Positions 1-9,362 of a stretch of 33,690 bases of DNA are shown in pieces. The notes under the pieces were generated by a model. The model saw only the letters and a list, made by a program, of their open reading frames with translations, was not told where the DNA came from and made no database searches. Source of the stretch: Nemertoderma westbladi (lineage: Eukaryota > Animalia > Xenacoelomorpha). Both the position numbers and the translations under genes were made by a program. Each line of letters starts with the position of its first letter. Position 1 is the stretch's first letter. The DNA is taken from the NCBI GenBank assembly GCA_032718475.1, contig JAUCBJ010008564.1, forward strand, positions 1-33,690, read 5' to 3'.

Positions 1-514
1 ACCAAGAAGGTTCAAAGGCGCTTTGAAAGTATGCACTGCAATACAAATTCCTAAGTAGTTATTGGTAATGACTGGTGAATAGTTCGGTTTTCAGATCAGA
101 TTTGAACTTCTTAAGGTCAGCGCGAGTTCTTAGTTCCAATGGTAGGCTGTTAAAAATAACTGGTGCCGCGTATGCGAACGATCGGGCACCATACGTCTTT
201 AGGTTGTATCGGGGCGGGGTATTGTTAATGTCCAAAGGTAAGGAGTTCGTGATGAAATGTTATTGGGGACCAGTAGATCAAAATAATATATTTTGTACCC
301 AGATTATTTAGCGCCCGCCATGTTAATAAAGCTATCTTATACTGGATCCGAGATGTCACAGGGAGCCAATGTAATAGCTTGAGGTAAACGGTGATGTGAG
401 CAGACTTGGGCAGGTTAAAGATTAGCCTGGCGCAAGCATTTTGAACCACTTGAAGCCTATCAAGTTTATCCTCAGTAATACCATATAATAAACAGTTGTT
501 CGCATCTAGACATG
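1..514 (-). mobile_element. 3' portion of a CR1/L2-group LINE (ORF2 C-terminus + 3' tail), interrupted at 514 by an LTR
   Basis: Minus strand reads LDANNCLLYGITEDKLDRLQVVQNACARLIFNLPKSAHITVYLKLLHWLPVTSRIQYKIALLTWRAL, then after a frameshift PRYNLKTYGARSFAYAAPVIFNSLPLELRTRADLKKFKSDLKTELF...stop at 59-61. This is the typical post-RT C-terminus of L2/Crack-like ORF2. The 3' UTR contains AAAGCGCCTTTGAA, resembling the L2-type tail. Confidence 0.88.
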
Positions 515-1903
515 TGTGACGGGATCAGAGGATCCCGACCGAGTTTGAGTTTATTTACGCGTCAAAGGCCGCACCGTTCGATGGAAAAGATATAGTTAGT
601 TTGTTGTTCCAATATTCTTCACAAGTGGTGAAATATAGTATACAATAATAGTGCAATAACAGATAGCATGAGATAAATTGAGATAACTGAATGTACCGGT
701 AAAATACAATAACTGGTGACGGTGATGATGGTGTAAAGTGTTGCCGTACTGCCCTGAGCAACTGAGATAACTGAATGTTGGGCACTGACCGGTAATATTA
801 TATACCTACTTACATATGGCCATTGTACTCAGCGGATGCATTTCTTGGCTCCTATTGGCCGATAACCTAATTCTCGCCCTCAACTCTGTGGGAGTGTTTC
901 CCCCCCACTGCTGTTACTTTCCCCTCCCGGAGGTTTAACCTCTGACCTCCTTTGTGTGCGGCCCTTTGGGGTTTGTCGTCCCCGTTTATTGGGGTGATAC
1001 GAGGTTGATTGGTAATCAACCTCGTGCTTCCCAATATTGCTGAAAGGCGGCACTTCCCAACTTTATGGGGGTTGGTGAGGCGGAATTGAATCCGCTCACA
1101 CTCCCCCCATGCTATCTTCCCGGTGAGAAGATAGCATCAACCTCAAAGTGCGCTTCAATTCCGCTGGAACTCGATCTACTATCGGGTGTGGGGTGGAGTT
1201 ATCTTTTACTTGGAGATGGTTTTCCAGGCCGCTCCCTCTGGGTATGATGTTTCTACCCTCTCTTGGCGCAACCGCAACCTATGTTGCACCAAGACATCTG
1301 GCGTCCCGTGTCGAGACAATTGTGGATTCTCACACAATTTTTAAAGCTCTCACTCTGCTCTAAACTTCTCACTCTAACTTCTCCACTCTACCTTACTCTC
1401 TAACTCAACTATTACTCCACTCCACTCTAAATCGCACTCTAACTTCCCACACCTGAATCGCACTTGTCTGCACTCTCTCTCGCATCCTGTCTTCTCTCCA
1501 GACTTCTCTCATACTCCTCTATTCTCTAAGGCCCTAATCTCTAATGCTACCCCTGTGCTATCATACTATCTGCTTACTACATACTCGCTACTTACTATCT
1601 AACTCTCTTACTACTTACTTACTTACTATCTAACTCTAATTCTACTAACTCTAACTAGAACTCTCTAACTCTCTACTAACTCTAACTCTACCCACTCTTC
1701 TAACTACGTGGCGCTTTCGGTGCCCACAACCACTCTGTTACTACCTCCATCTACGTGGCGCTTTCGGTGCCCACAACCACTCCGCTTACTACTTTCTACG
1801 TGACGCTTGCGGTGCCCACAACCCCTCTACTACTACTTTCTACATGGCGCTTACGGTGCCCACAACCCCTCTGCTACTACTCGTGGCATGTCAGTATGCC
1901 ACA
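515..1903 (-). repeat. 3' LTR of outer element (~1389 bp; TGTGGC...GTCACA)
   Basis: Minus strand begins TGTGGCA directly after the purine tract GGCGGGCAAGGGAG and ends GTCACA exactly where LINE coding resumes. AATAAA lies ~35 nt before the end. The partner LTR is not in the window, so identity cannot be tested. Confidence 0.7.
1706..1880. repeat. Four ~45-bp tandem repeats with hairpin core GTGGCGCTTNCGGTGCCCAC in the outer LTR U3
   Basis: Copies start near 1706, 1751, 1796 and 1840. The intervening sequences are homologous (aacc.ctct.ctactac). Confidence 0.9.
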
Positions 1904-1917
1904 CTCCCTTGCCCGCC
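1904..1917 (-). promoter_or_regulatory. Polypurine tract of outer element
   Basis: Minus strand GGCGGGCAAGGGAG abuts the TG start of the LTR. Confidence 0.65.
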
Positions 1918-2168
1918 GACTTCTAACTTAGCTAACTTCTACCTAACTTTCTAACTAACCTTCTGACTACTACTTACTTTCTTCTAACTACTAACTATCT
2001 GACTACTAACTTCTTACTATCTTCTACTAACTATTACTTTCTACCTTCTACTTATTTATTATTTTATTATTTTATTATTTATTTTAATTAAATAATTATT
2101 TGTGCGTGGGAAGGGCGTCTCGCCCTCATTCCCACCCCCCTCAGTCCAACATATTGGACGACTAGACT

Positions 2169-3521
2169 CTAAAGGTGCCCCTCGATCTTCCATCGATTCT
2201 TCCATGAGGCACTGTCCCGCTGCCCCCCTATAGCTCCTCTTATCTTTCGACCCACTTTCCTCGCCAATTCCAACTCACCAGGAATTGGTTCTCCCTCTTC
2301 CGCCACCCTAAAATCGGGTCTCTCCGCCGCCTTCTTAACTTCCTCGTCTCTTGGCATCAAAATGCCACCTCCCACCTTGTTGTCTCCCGGCGGCAGAATG
2401 AAAAGAAAGTGAAAGAACAGGCAAAACAGAAGGTACAATAGTAATCCTATCCCTTTCCATCCTGTCTTCTCACTCGAGCTCCCCCTTGTCAGTATGCCTC
2501 TCAACCGGACTGGCGTCTCTTCCGGACACTCCTCTGGACACTCCTCCGGACACTCCTCCGGACTATTGTCCTCCTGACACTCCACCGGACACTCCTCCGG
2601 GTTGTCCTCTGGACATCTCGCCGTCCGCTCCTCTCCATCCCCATACCGATACTTGCTGGGACCCTTGTTCCATCCCATTGCCTCTAAGTCTTCCGCATCA
2701 AATCCATTCTCCTCCGCCCACTCTCCTACTGTTACTTCCCCGTCTGGCTCATCTACCACCTCCGGTTTCTTCTCTTCATCCTCTGTGTCTACGGTGCCTG
2801 GTAACATGCACCCTGATGTCTCAGTCACCCTGGATGGAATCTTGGTATTAACTGGGCCGCTAAGCGTCCATCCGAACGGCGTGAGGATCCCCGTCGGATC
2901 CCGCTGTCTGTCTTTGCCGAAGACCGTCTGCATTCTCTCATGGGCCGTCGGGCAGTCCATTCCTACTATAATGAATACCTTCCTAACGTCCACCTCTGGT
3001 ATAGAGAAATCGATACTGTCCAGGAATCTATATTGTTCAACCTCAATGTTGGTTGGTCGCCTGGCGTTGATATTTATCGATTCTATCACCTGGATGGGGT
3101 CGATGGTCGCCCCATAGTCGCATCCCGGTGCAATCGCTGATATCCTGCACCGCCCCGTCCTCATCTCCAGGACCTCATCCTTACTTGAGACGGTAGTTAC
3201 CGCCATTCTATTCGGCCTCGTCTTTAGCCCTATTTCTTTGGCCACCCAGTTCTCCACCAGCGTGAAGGCTGCTCCGCTGTCGACCAGCATTAATGTTGTT
3301 ACTGATCGACCGCCCTCTCCTGATATCTTCACTGGTACTACCCCGAGTAGTACTTTCCTCTTCCTTCTTGCTACTGTCGTGCTTGTAGCCATGGTTTGGC
3401 CTCCAGTCTCATCCTCTCTTGCTGCTGTTTCTCTACACTCTCCGGATCTGTGTCCTTCTACCACACATCGATGACATAGTCCATTTGCGTCTGTGTAGGC
3501 TATATGATCTTGTTTGGGCAA
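2169..3521 (-). CDS. Outer element Gag C-terminal zinc knuckle + BEL/Pao aspartic protease + acidic PEEC repeats + hydrophobic segment
   Basis: CHRCVVEGHRSGEC knuckle; VLLGVVPV...LMLVDSGAAFTLV; IIVGMD; TPFGWTLSGP. Same frame as 3618-4772, separated by one TGA at 3618-3620. Confidence 0.8.
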   Translation of the reverse strand: MPKQDHIAYTDANGLCHRCVVEGHRSGECRETAAREDETGGQTMATSTTVARRKRKVLLGVVPVKISGEGGRSVTTLMLVDSGAAFTLVENWVAKEIGLKTRPNRMAVTTVSSKDEVLEMRTGRCRISAIAPGCDYGATIDPIQVIESININARRPTNIEVEQYRFLDSIDFSIPEVDVRKVFIIVGMDCPTAHERMQTVFGKDRQRDPTGILTPFGWTLSGPVNTKIPSRVTETSGCMLPGTVDTEDEEKKPEVVDEPDGEVTVGEWAEENGFDAEDLEAMGWNKGPSKYRYGDGEERTARCPEDNPEECPVECQEDNSPEECPEECPEECPEETPVRLRGILTRGSSSEKTGWKGIGLLLYLLFCLFFHFLFILPPGDNKVGGGILMPRDEEVKKAAERPDFRVAEEGEPIPGELELARKVGRKIRGAIGGQRDSASWKNRWKIEGHL

Positions 3522-3617
3522 TGCTTGCCAGTGCTTACAACTCCTGGTCTTATGGGTTCCTTCCCGATGTAATTGATATTCGAATCCTGGATTATAGGGT
3601 TCCCTGTATAGTCCCTC

Positions 3618-4772
3618 TCATATCGTGCCTAGGTTTATATCTACTGATTTAGTGTTTTGGTTGTCTAGACTCGGCCTACTGGGTATGTTGGGATTATGTT
3701 TATTTGTGTTGATATTTTCTTTCTGTCCCTGCCACGGTTTGGCCCTACTCCCAGCTAACTGTGGGCTTGTAGCCCCCTGTGTGGCCGCGTGTGGTAGCGA
3801 CTGTCTCACTCTCGGGAATGGATCTGCAGGATTGTGTTCGGGTTTAGGCCTGTTGTATTCGGTCTTTGGCGCCTTCCCCAAACTATCCTCACTATAGACT
3901 GGGTCTGTGATCAACTCGGCTTCGTAGTTGAGGAAGTTTGACATTTCCTCTAGCCCTGGCTCCGCACCTTTCTTCTCCTGAGTGGAGAAGGCGATCTTCC
4001 TCCACTTGCTCCACAGCCAGATTGGCAGTGCCTGCGCTATCGTGGTGATGTTATTAGATGCGTTGAGTTCGTATGGCGTGTCTAGCGTCTTCAGCACGAT
4101 TAACGCCTTCTCGACTTTGTTCGCAAATGTCTTTATGCTAACGGGGTTATCCTGTAGGCCACCCGATGTTATACCCCTCAGGGTTTGCCGGATGATCTTG
4201 GCCGGGTGGCCGTACTCCCTGTCTAGCGCCCGCCACGCTGTCATGAAGCCGCCCTCGATGCCCTGGTACTGCCTCACGAAGTCGTATGCTGGGCCTCCTG
4301 TATGCACCTGTAGATATTTTAGGCACTCCGCCTGCGTCAAGTTCTTACATAATATCTCGTTGCTGTACATGCGCCGAAATTGCAGGTATTCTTCCGGCCT
4401 ACTTCCGTCGAATTTAAATGGCTCGACTGGTGGTAACTCGATCATGGTCTTTAATGCATCGATTAGTGTCGCCATTCCCATTGCCTGTGCTTCCAATGGG
4501 TTAGAGGGATGCTGTACAGATTCTCCTGTTGGGTGCGGTCCGCCCGTCCTATCTGTTGACCTTCTTTGTTGCGTCGGATATATCATCGGGGGTAGTGGCC
4601 CCCTCCATATTTCCGTGTCGCACGACCTGTTCTCGTCCAGGGGGTTCGATGTTCTCATTGCTGTTCGAGTATATTGTCGATATTGTAATGGGGGAATGTC
4701 ACCCTGCCCCCCCCCCCCCCCACCGGTATGTTTGGTACTGGGGTTGATGTTAATATATTGGGGCCCATACAT
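3618..4772 (-). CDS. Outer element BEL/Pao Gag capsid-like domain (DUF1759-like)
   Basis: LPPVEPFKFDGSRPEEYLQF...LKYLQVHTGGPA...AWRALDREYGHP...LPIWLWSKW matches the BEL/Pao Gag pattern. Confidence 0.85.
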   Translation of the reverse strand: MYGPQYININPSTKHTGGGGGGQGDIPPLQYRQYTRTAMRTSNPLDENRSCDTEIWRGPLPPMIYPTQQRRSTDRTGGPHPTGESVQHPSNPLEAQAMGMATLIDALKTMIELPPVEPFKFDGSRPEEYLQFRRMYSNEILCKNLTQAECLKYLQVHTGGPAYDFVRQYQGIEGGFMTAWRALDREYGHPAKIIRQTLRGITSGGLQDNPVSIKTFANKVEKALIVLKTLDTPYELNASNNITTIAQALPIWLWSKWRKIAFSTQEKKGAEPGLEEMSNFLNYEAELITDPVYSEDSLGKAPKTEYNRPKPEHNPADPFPRVRQSLPHAATQGATSPQLAGSRAKPWQGQKENINTNKHNPNIPSRPSLDNQNTKSVDINLGTI

Positions 4773-6075
4773 CTATCTGCAATAACTCTCCCCTCCCCTG
4801 GATATATGTTATGTCCCTGGATATTATAGTCATGCTGCTGTGCTGGTACCGATATAGGCCTATCCACTTCTTGCCTACTTACCGGTATGTACTCCGCGAC
4901 TTCCGGGTTTAATCCCGTCGTTCGCGCTACCCTATCGCCTACACTATTTCTCCCAGCATGGCCTATAATAGTATGTGCAGTAAGGCCTACAGTATGTCCT
5001 GCAGTCTGCATGTGCCCTTCCGAACCGAAGTTCAATCTTCTCGAATCTCGAATCTCCCCGCGACTACCGTACTCTCGATCGGCAGCTATATCCCATCGGG
5101 AAGTTTCTCTTCGATCCCCTCTCCTGTTCTCGTCTTCGTATCAGTACGTCCTGTACCCTTCTCTTGGCGTGCGGTGCGTCTCTCCGGGGCGACGGCAATC
5201 TTCCGGAGTTCGACCCCACTGACTCCCTAACTCCATCTCTACTACCGACGGCTCGCTATCCGTCCTCGCTCTCCGGTTGCTCCTAGCAACGACTCTTCTA
5301 TTATCTTCACTTCTTCTCTCTTCGACCTCTCGGTTAAACTCTACTATTCTTCTTCTCTCTTCGACCTCTCGGTTAAACTCTACTAATCTTCTTCTCTCTT
5401 CTGACTGGGCTCGACGTTTCGTCGCTCGCCCACTCTCGGCGCTAAGATCTGACTCTACTCTGTCCGGTTGGACCCTCCTGGGGATACTCGTCATCCCCCT
5501 ACTATTCTCCGTCGTCGGGTGCCGTGGTTCACCTAACTTGCCCCGCGCATTATCCGCCGACGCCTGTGGGACATTCTCTGCCCCCCCCCCCCCCTCTCGC
5601 TACTAATCTCTCGTGGTGGGGCGCCCGTAGCCCCCCCCCACCCGCTATCTCTGCCTCTCCCTCTATCACTGTGTTGCCTGGTAGGCTCCCGTCGGGTTGA
5701 CTCAACCCCGCTACTCCCTGCACACTAACTACTTGGCCTACCAGGCCCCCGTCGGGCTCTCTCACCCCTGCTCACCCCTACCAGGCTCCCATTGGGGTTT
5801 CTCACCCCCGTTACTCCCTGCCTACTGACTACGTGGCCTACCAGGCTCTCATTTGCCGGGCCACCTGCGTCCGCCACGTTTATATTAATAGCACCATTAT
5901 TAACATTGTCTTCTAAATCAATTAAATTATTTTGTACATCCGAATTAGAAACGGGATTATTTTGGTCGTTTGAATTAAGATTGTTATTTGAATTATTTTG
6001 CGTAATTATATTATTTGAATTATTTTGTATATTCGGGTTTAGATTATTATTTAAATTATTTTGTAAATTCGAATC
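4773..6075 (-). pseudogene. Low-complexity N-terminal gag region of outer element (Asn-rich, Gly-rich, RRIVEFNREVEE repeat), frameshifted
   Basis: A chain of overlapping minus ORFs (5725-6285, 5550-5765, 5141-5494, 4655-5035) with shared internal repeats (LVG.VVS.QGV.G). Some breaks fall at poly-C runs. Confidence 0.65.
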
Positions 6076-6077
6076 TA

Positions 6078-6766
6078 CAGTACAGGCCACCAGAAAACGC
6101 AGATTTGTACAATTGTGAACACATTTTATCAAATGTGTACCAGTGTAATGTAATGTTGTTGAATGGGACAATTGAACATAATTGAATTGGCAACAACCAA
6201 AAATTTTTCTCCAAAGGATACAATTGAATACTTTTGAAACGCTTAGTAATCTGGAAACTCTCTGTAGTTTGCCGCGAACTGTCACTCACTGCAGCTGGAA
6301 ATGCGATAAGGATATTGTTTACCTTTATAGTGTGCGGTTAATAGTGTCTAGTAGGCAGGCCTATAGTTAGTGATGTTAAGCCATCTTCTGGTGTTTCTCT
6401 GTGCCCTCTCGGTGTCAGACTAATGGCGCGACATCTCCCTGCACTAAATTAATTATTCAATGGTCTAGGCTCCTCCATCCATATACCCATCCACTCCCAT
6501 ACACTCCATGAACTTCCATGTGGTCTTGTATGTAGTTCTCTCTCTACCAATACAGCCCATGTCCGCAATGTTACGCCCTGGGGGCTCTCTCATTTACGTG
6601 ATATCAGACATACATACACAAAGCCTTTGCCGGTCCCCCCCAGTTAGCCTCCTGCTGTGTGATCTAGAAGATAACTTGCCATAAACTGCCAATCAGATGA
6701 CTTGAACAAATGTGTTCACATGTGATCACATTGGATGAAATCTGCTTTTTCTGGTGGCCTGTACTG
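6078..6766. mobile_element. Non-autonomous Tc1/mariner-like DNA transposon (MITE), 689 bp
   Basis: TIRs CAGTACAGGCCACCAGAAAAcGCAGATTT / AAATCTGCtTTTTCTGGTGGCCTGTACTG, with a further inverted block TGTGAACACATTT/AAATGTGTTCACA. TA duplication at 6076-77 and 6767-68. Excision restores the host frame ...NSNNV|DSNLQNN. No transposase ORF. Confidence 0.92.
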
Positions 6767-6768
6767 TA

Positions 6769-7126
6769 CATTATTTGAATTATTTCCTACATTTATATTA
6801 GGGTCGTTCGGATTTAAATTACTATTACCAGGCAAAGTATTATTTCCTGAAATGAAAGTTTGATTAGGGTTATCTACTATGGTACTATTAATATTAACGT
6901 TCTCTACTGTATTATTATTACCTCCCCCCCCCCCCCCCCCCGCCCGTACGGTTACACCAGTCTTGGGTCTGCCGTCCGGTCCCTGTAAGTGGGGTATTAA
7001 CAAACGTTTTCACTACTTCTGGCTCCTCGTAAATACTGCCCGAGCCAGCCTCACTTTCTGACAGCCCCAACTGCGCCAGTTCTAGTCGGCGCTTCTGTTT
7101 GGCTTGATATTGCATAAGCCCCCTCA
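6769..7126 (-). pseudogene. Outer gag fragment between the inner LTR element and the MITE
   Basis: LRGLMQYQAKQKRRLEL... continues the 26083-26991 ORF in frame. A frameshift in the poly-C run (~6924-6941) leads into the Asn-rich frame. Confidence 0.8.
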
Positions 7127-7131
7127 ACCGG

Positions 7132-8280
7132 TGTTCGCGCTTCCAAATTTAGATGTCTTCTAGATTATAAATCGACTTTAGCCTATGACGAGTATTTGAT
7201 ACACTACATTAGCCGAAGCCAGTCTATGCGCGACCATTCACCCGCTGGATATACCCGGGAGACTGGATTCGGAAGCTTTGACCTTATTGCGGTGTAGGCC
7301 TACTGTATTATTCGACTGATTGTTAATATATAATTTCTGACCAATATTATTCACTTTCGGGAAATATTAACAGTTCCTTTAGGACGTGGCGCTCTAAATA
7401 TGTAAACAGAGTTATGACTTACACTAGACACAATGGGATGGCTATGGATTCACGTATAAAGCGCATTCTTTAGGAGATGCTTTGTTATCAGTCACAATCA
7501 TGCACACTACCGCACAATGCTGCACACCGATCTGCCGACCTTCACTAATTTTAGTCACATATAAAGAGAACAACAACCGACACATGTAGTGCCTATGAAA
7601 TAGCATTAGATTCACTCCAAAACCAATATAATGTAAGTCGCAATTGTTATATGTAACCGGTCTCTTACCTTCAGTATATCAAGAAGATTGGGGGTTTTAT
7701 AATTATTTATCGATATTATCCAATATAATAATATTCCATCAACTGATATAATTAATAACCGACAGTAAATAGCAGTAAAAATGCGGTGTTTGTAGGTGAC
7801 AATATGATTTGCATTGATATGCAGTGTGTTGAGTTGGTATGGTTTGATAACAGTTATACGTTTCTATGACCAAAGCCTACTAATGTTTGGCTAAAGCCTG
7901 AAACACAGAAATTCCAAAGCCGGTCTTCTGGCTGTGGACAAAATACACATACTGACTGATATTTCTGTATACAATCTCCAACACAGAGTGAAAACCGCTC
8001 TGATTGGTCGACCAAACAAAGAACGAACAAAGAACAAAGAAAAGTTACACGTGGACACAGCTGATAGATGTCGTCATCGGAGTTCCGATGTTTAGAGTAT
8101 TTGGCTTATTGCGACATAAAATCGCTAGTTATGTCCGCTAAAGTACACATACAGAAGAAATGGCTTTTTATGTCCACTAAAACACCGGTACAGTAAGGAA
8201 ACGGCTTTTTATCTCTGTTAAAACACCTACAGAGTACTTTGTGGGAAAAATAACCAGCTAATTCCGCAAAAGCCTTTACA
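7132..8280 (-). repeat. 3' LTR of inner element (1149 bp)
   Basis: Direct repeat of 24900-26087. About 13 substitutions by eye, plus 24-, 22- and 7-bp indels that account for the 39-bp length difference. Confidence 0.96.
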
Positions 8281-8290
8281 CCGCTCCCAG
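8281..8290 (-). promoter_or_regulatory. Short purine-rich tract (PPT) of inner element
   Basis: Minus strand CTGGGAGCGG immediately precedes the LTR start TGTAAAGG. Confidence 0.55.
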
Positions 8291-8306
8291 AAAATGGGAT
8301 TTAATT

Positions 8307-9362
8307 CTATAAAATATAAAAAATCACAGTTTCTAAAATATAAAAATACTCTAAACAGTTAGTCTTTCTTACGCGGACTGCGTTTACGCAGTTTTTTGAG
8401 GCTAGCAAGAGTCCTTTTCTCTTTGGGGCGAGCCACTTTACTAGGAGGGCTATAACTCCTGGGTGAAGGGTGCAATACATTGCATCAGAAGGTTTAGGAT
8501 TACGATTGGTGTATCCGCCGGTCGAGGTACCTGGTTGATCGATATCAACTTCAGTGGAGCGAGGTCTAACGGCCTTTAGGGCGCGTCTTAGGACAGCAGC
8601 TCCTACTGGTCCCTGACGAGTCGTCTGGACAATAGTGGTAGGTGGACCGTGAGTGGTGAGAAACTTCCTCGGTTTAATGGATCTTTCCAGCTCGCGTTCT
8701 CGGGCTCGATATTCGTAGGGCCGTCGAGATACTTCCTGTAACTCAGGGTGCGAGTTGATAAATAAATCGCCATACTCAGGGTCTTGACGGATGAAATTGA
8801 TCAAATGGTATGAATTAATATCGTTAGGATTGACGTTCCTGAGATATTTTCGAACAAATTTGGTGGAAATACACTCACCAACACGCTTCATTAGTTCGTA
8901 ACTCGGTGTGCGTGTTTTTTGTTCAACTGACGCGAATAGATAAGGATGGAACGCGTAAACTCCCTCGTAGGCGCGTCCAGGGTAATAGTGATGGCGTGAC
9001 TCACAATGTAAATCCGCGTTCGCTTCCCAAGCTCGGATGTAGCGCAGAGTAATCATCTCATCTACGCTTTCCAAATCGCGGTTAAAAGGGCAATTAAAAC
9101 TGGCATGTCCTTTAAGTTGACAGTGGTGGCATTGAGTCATAAATTGGGGGCAAACTGCAAAAATGTGTGAGTTATTGAGTCTGCAATACGCACAATAGAT
9201 CTCCATCATCGGTTGTTCGTGGAAATAGGAGCAGGGTACGTCTGAGTCCATAGGGGTGAAATGATCTCTCGATGCGCATAATCGGCAACGTTTTCGAGAA
9301 ACATAGTTGGCGTGCCGATAATCGTATGCGGTGAGACATTGTGGACCTTGATACCATTCCAA
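8307..9362 (-). CDS. Extra ORF, C-terminal part: clustered CCHC zinc fingers
   Basis: CRLCASRDH-x9-C, CAYCRLNNSHIFAVCP, CHHCQLKGHASFNCP. Overlaps the upstream ORF (-1 shift). Confidence 0.75.
   Translation of the reverse strand: MEWYQGPQCLTAYDYRHANYVSRKRCRLCASRDHFTPMDSDVPCSYFHEQPMMEIYCAYCRLNNSHIFAVCPQFMTQCHHCQLKGHASFNCPFNRDLESVDEMITLRYIRAWEANADLHCESRHHYYPGRAYEGVYAFHPYLFASVEQKTRTPSYELMKRVGECISTKFVRKYLRNVNPNDINSYHLINFIRQDPEYGDLFINSHPELQEVSRRPYEYRARERELERSIKPRKFLTTHGPPTTIVQTTRQGPVGAAVLRRALKAVRPRSTEVDIDQPGTSTGGYTNRNPKPSDAMYCTLHPGVIALLVKWLAPKRKGLLLASKNCVNAVRVRKTNCLEYFYILETVIFYIL

Noticed and set aside
1706-1880. CRISPR-like array of palindromic repeats
   Set aside because: The spacers are homologous to each other, there are no cas genes, and the context is a eukaryotic LTR.
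1365-2100. CTA/ACT-rich tracts as telomeric repeats
   Set aside because: No fixed repeat unit; strand-biased low-complexity LTR/3' UTR sequence.
2486-5606. Plus-strand ORFs (e.g. 2602-3117, 3982-4785, 5277-5606)
   Set aside because: Antisense shadows of gag/protease coding sequence; no motifs.
4707-6941. Poly-C runs as programmed frameshift or G-quadruplex signals
   Set aside because: They encode poly-Gly in gag and are most simply explained as homopolymer slippage or sequencing error.
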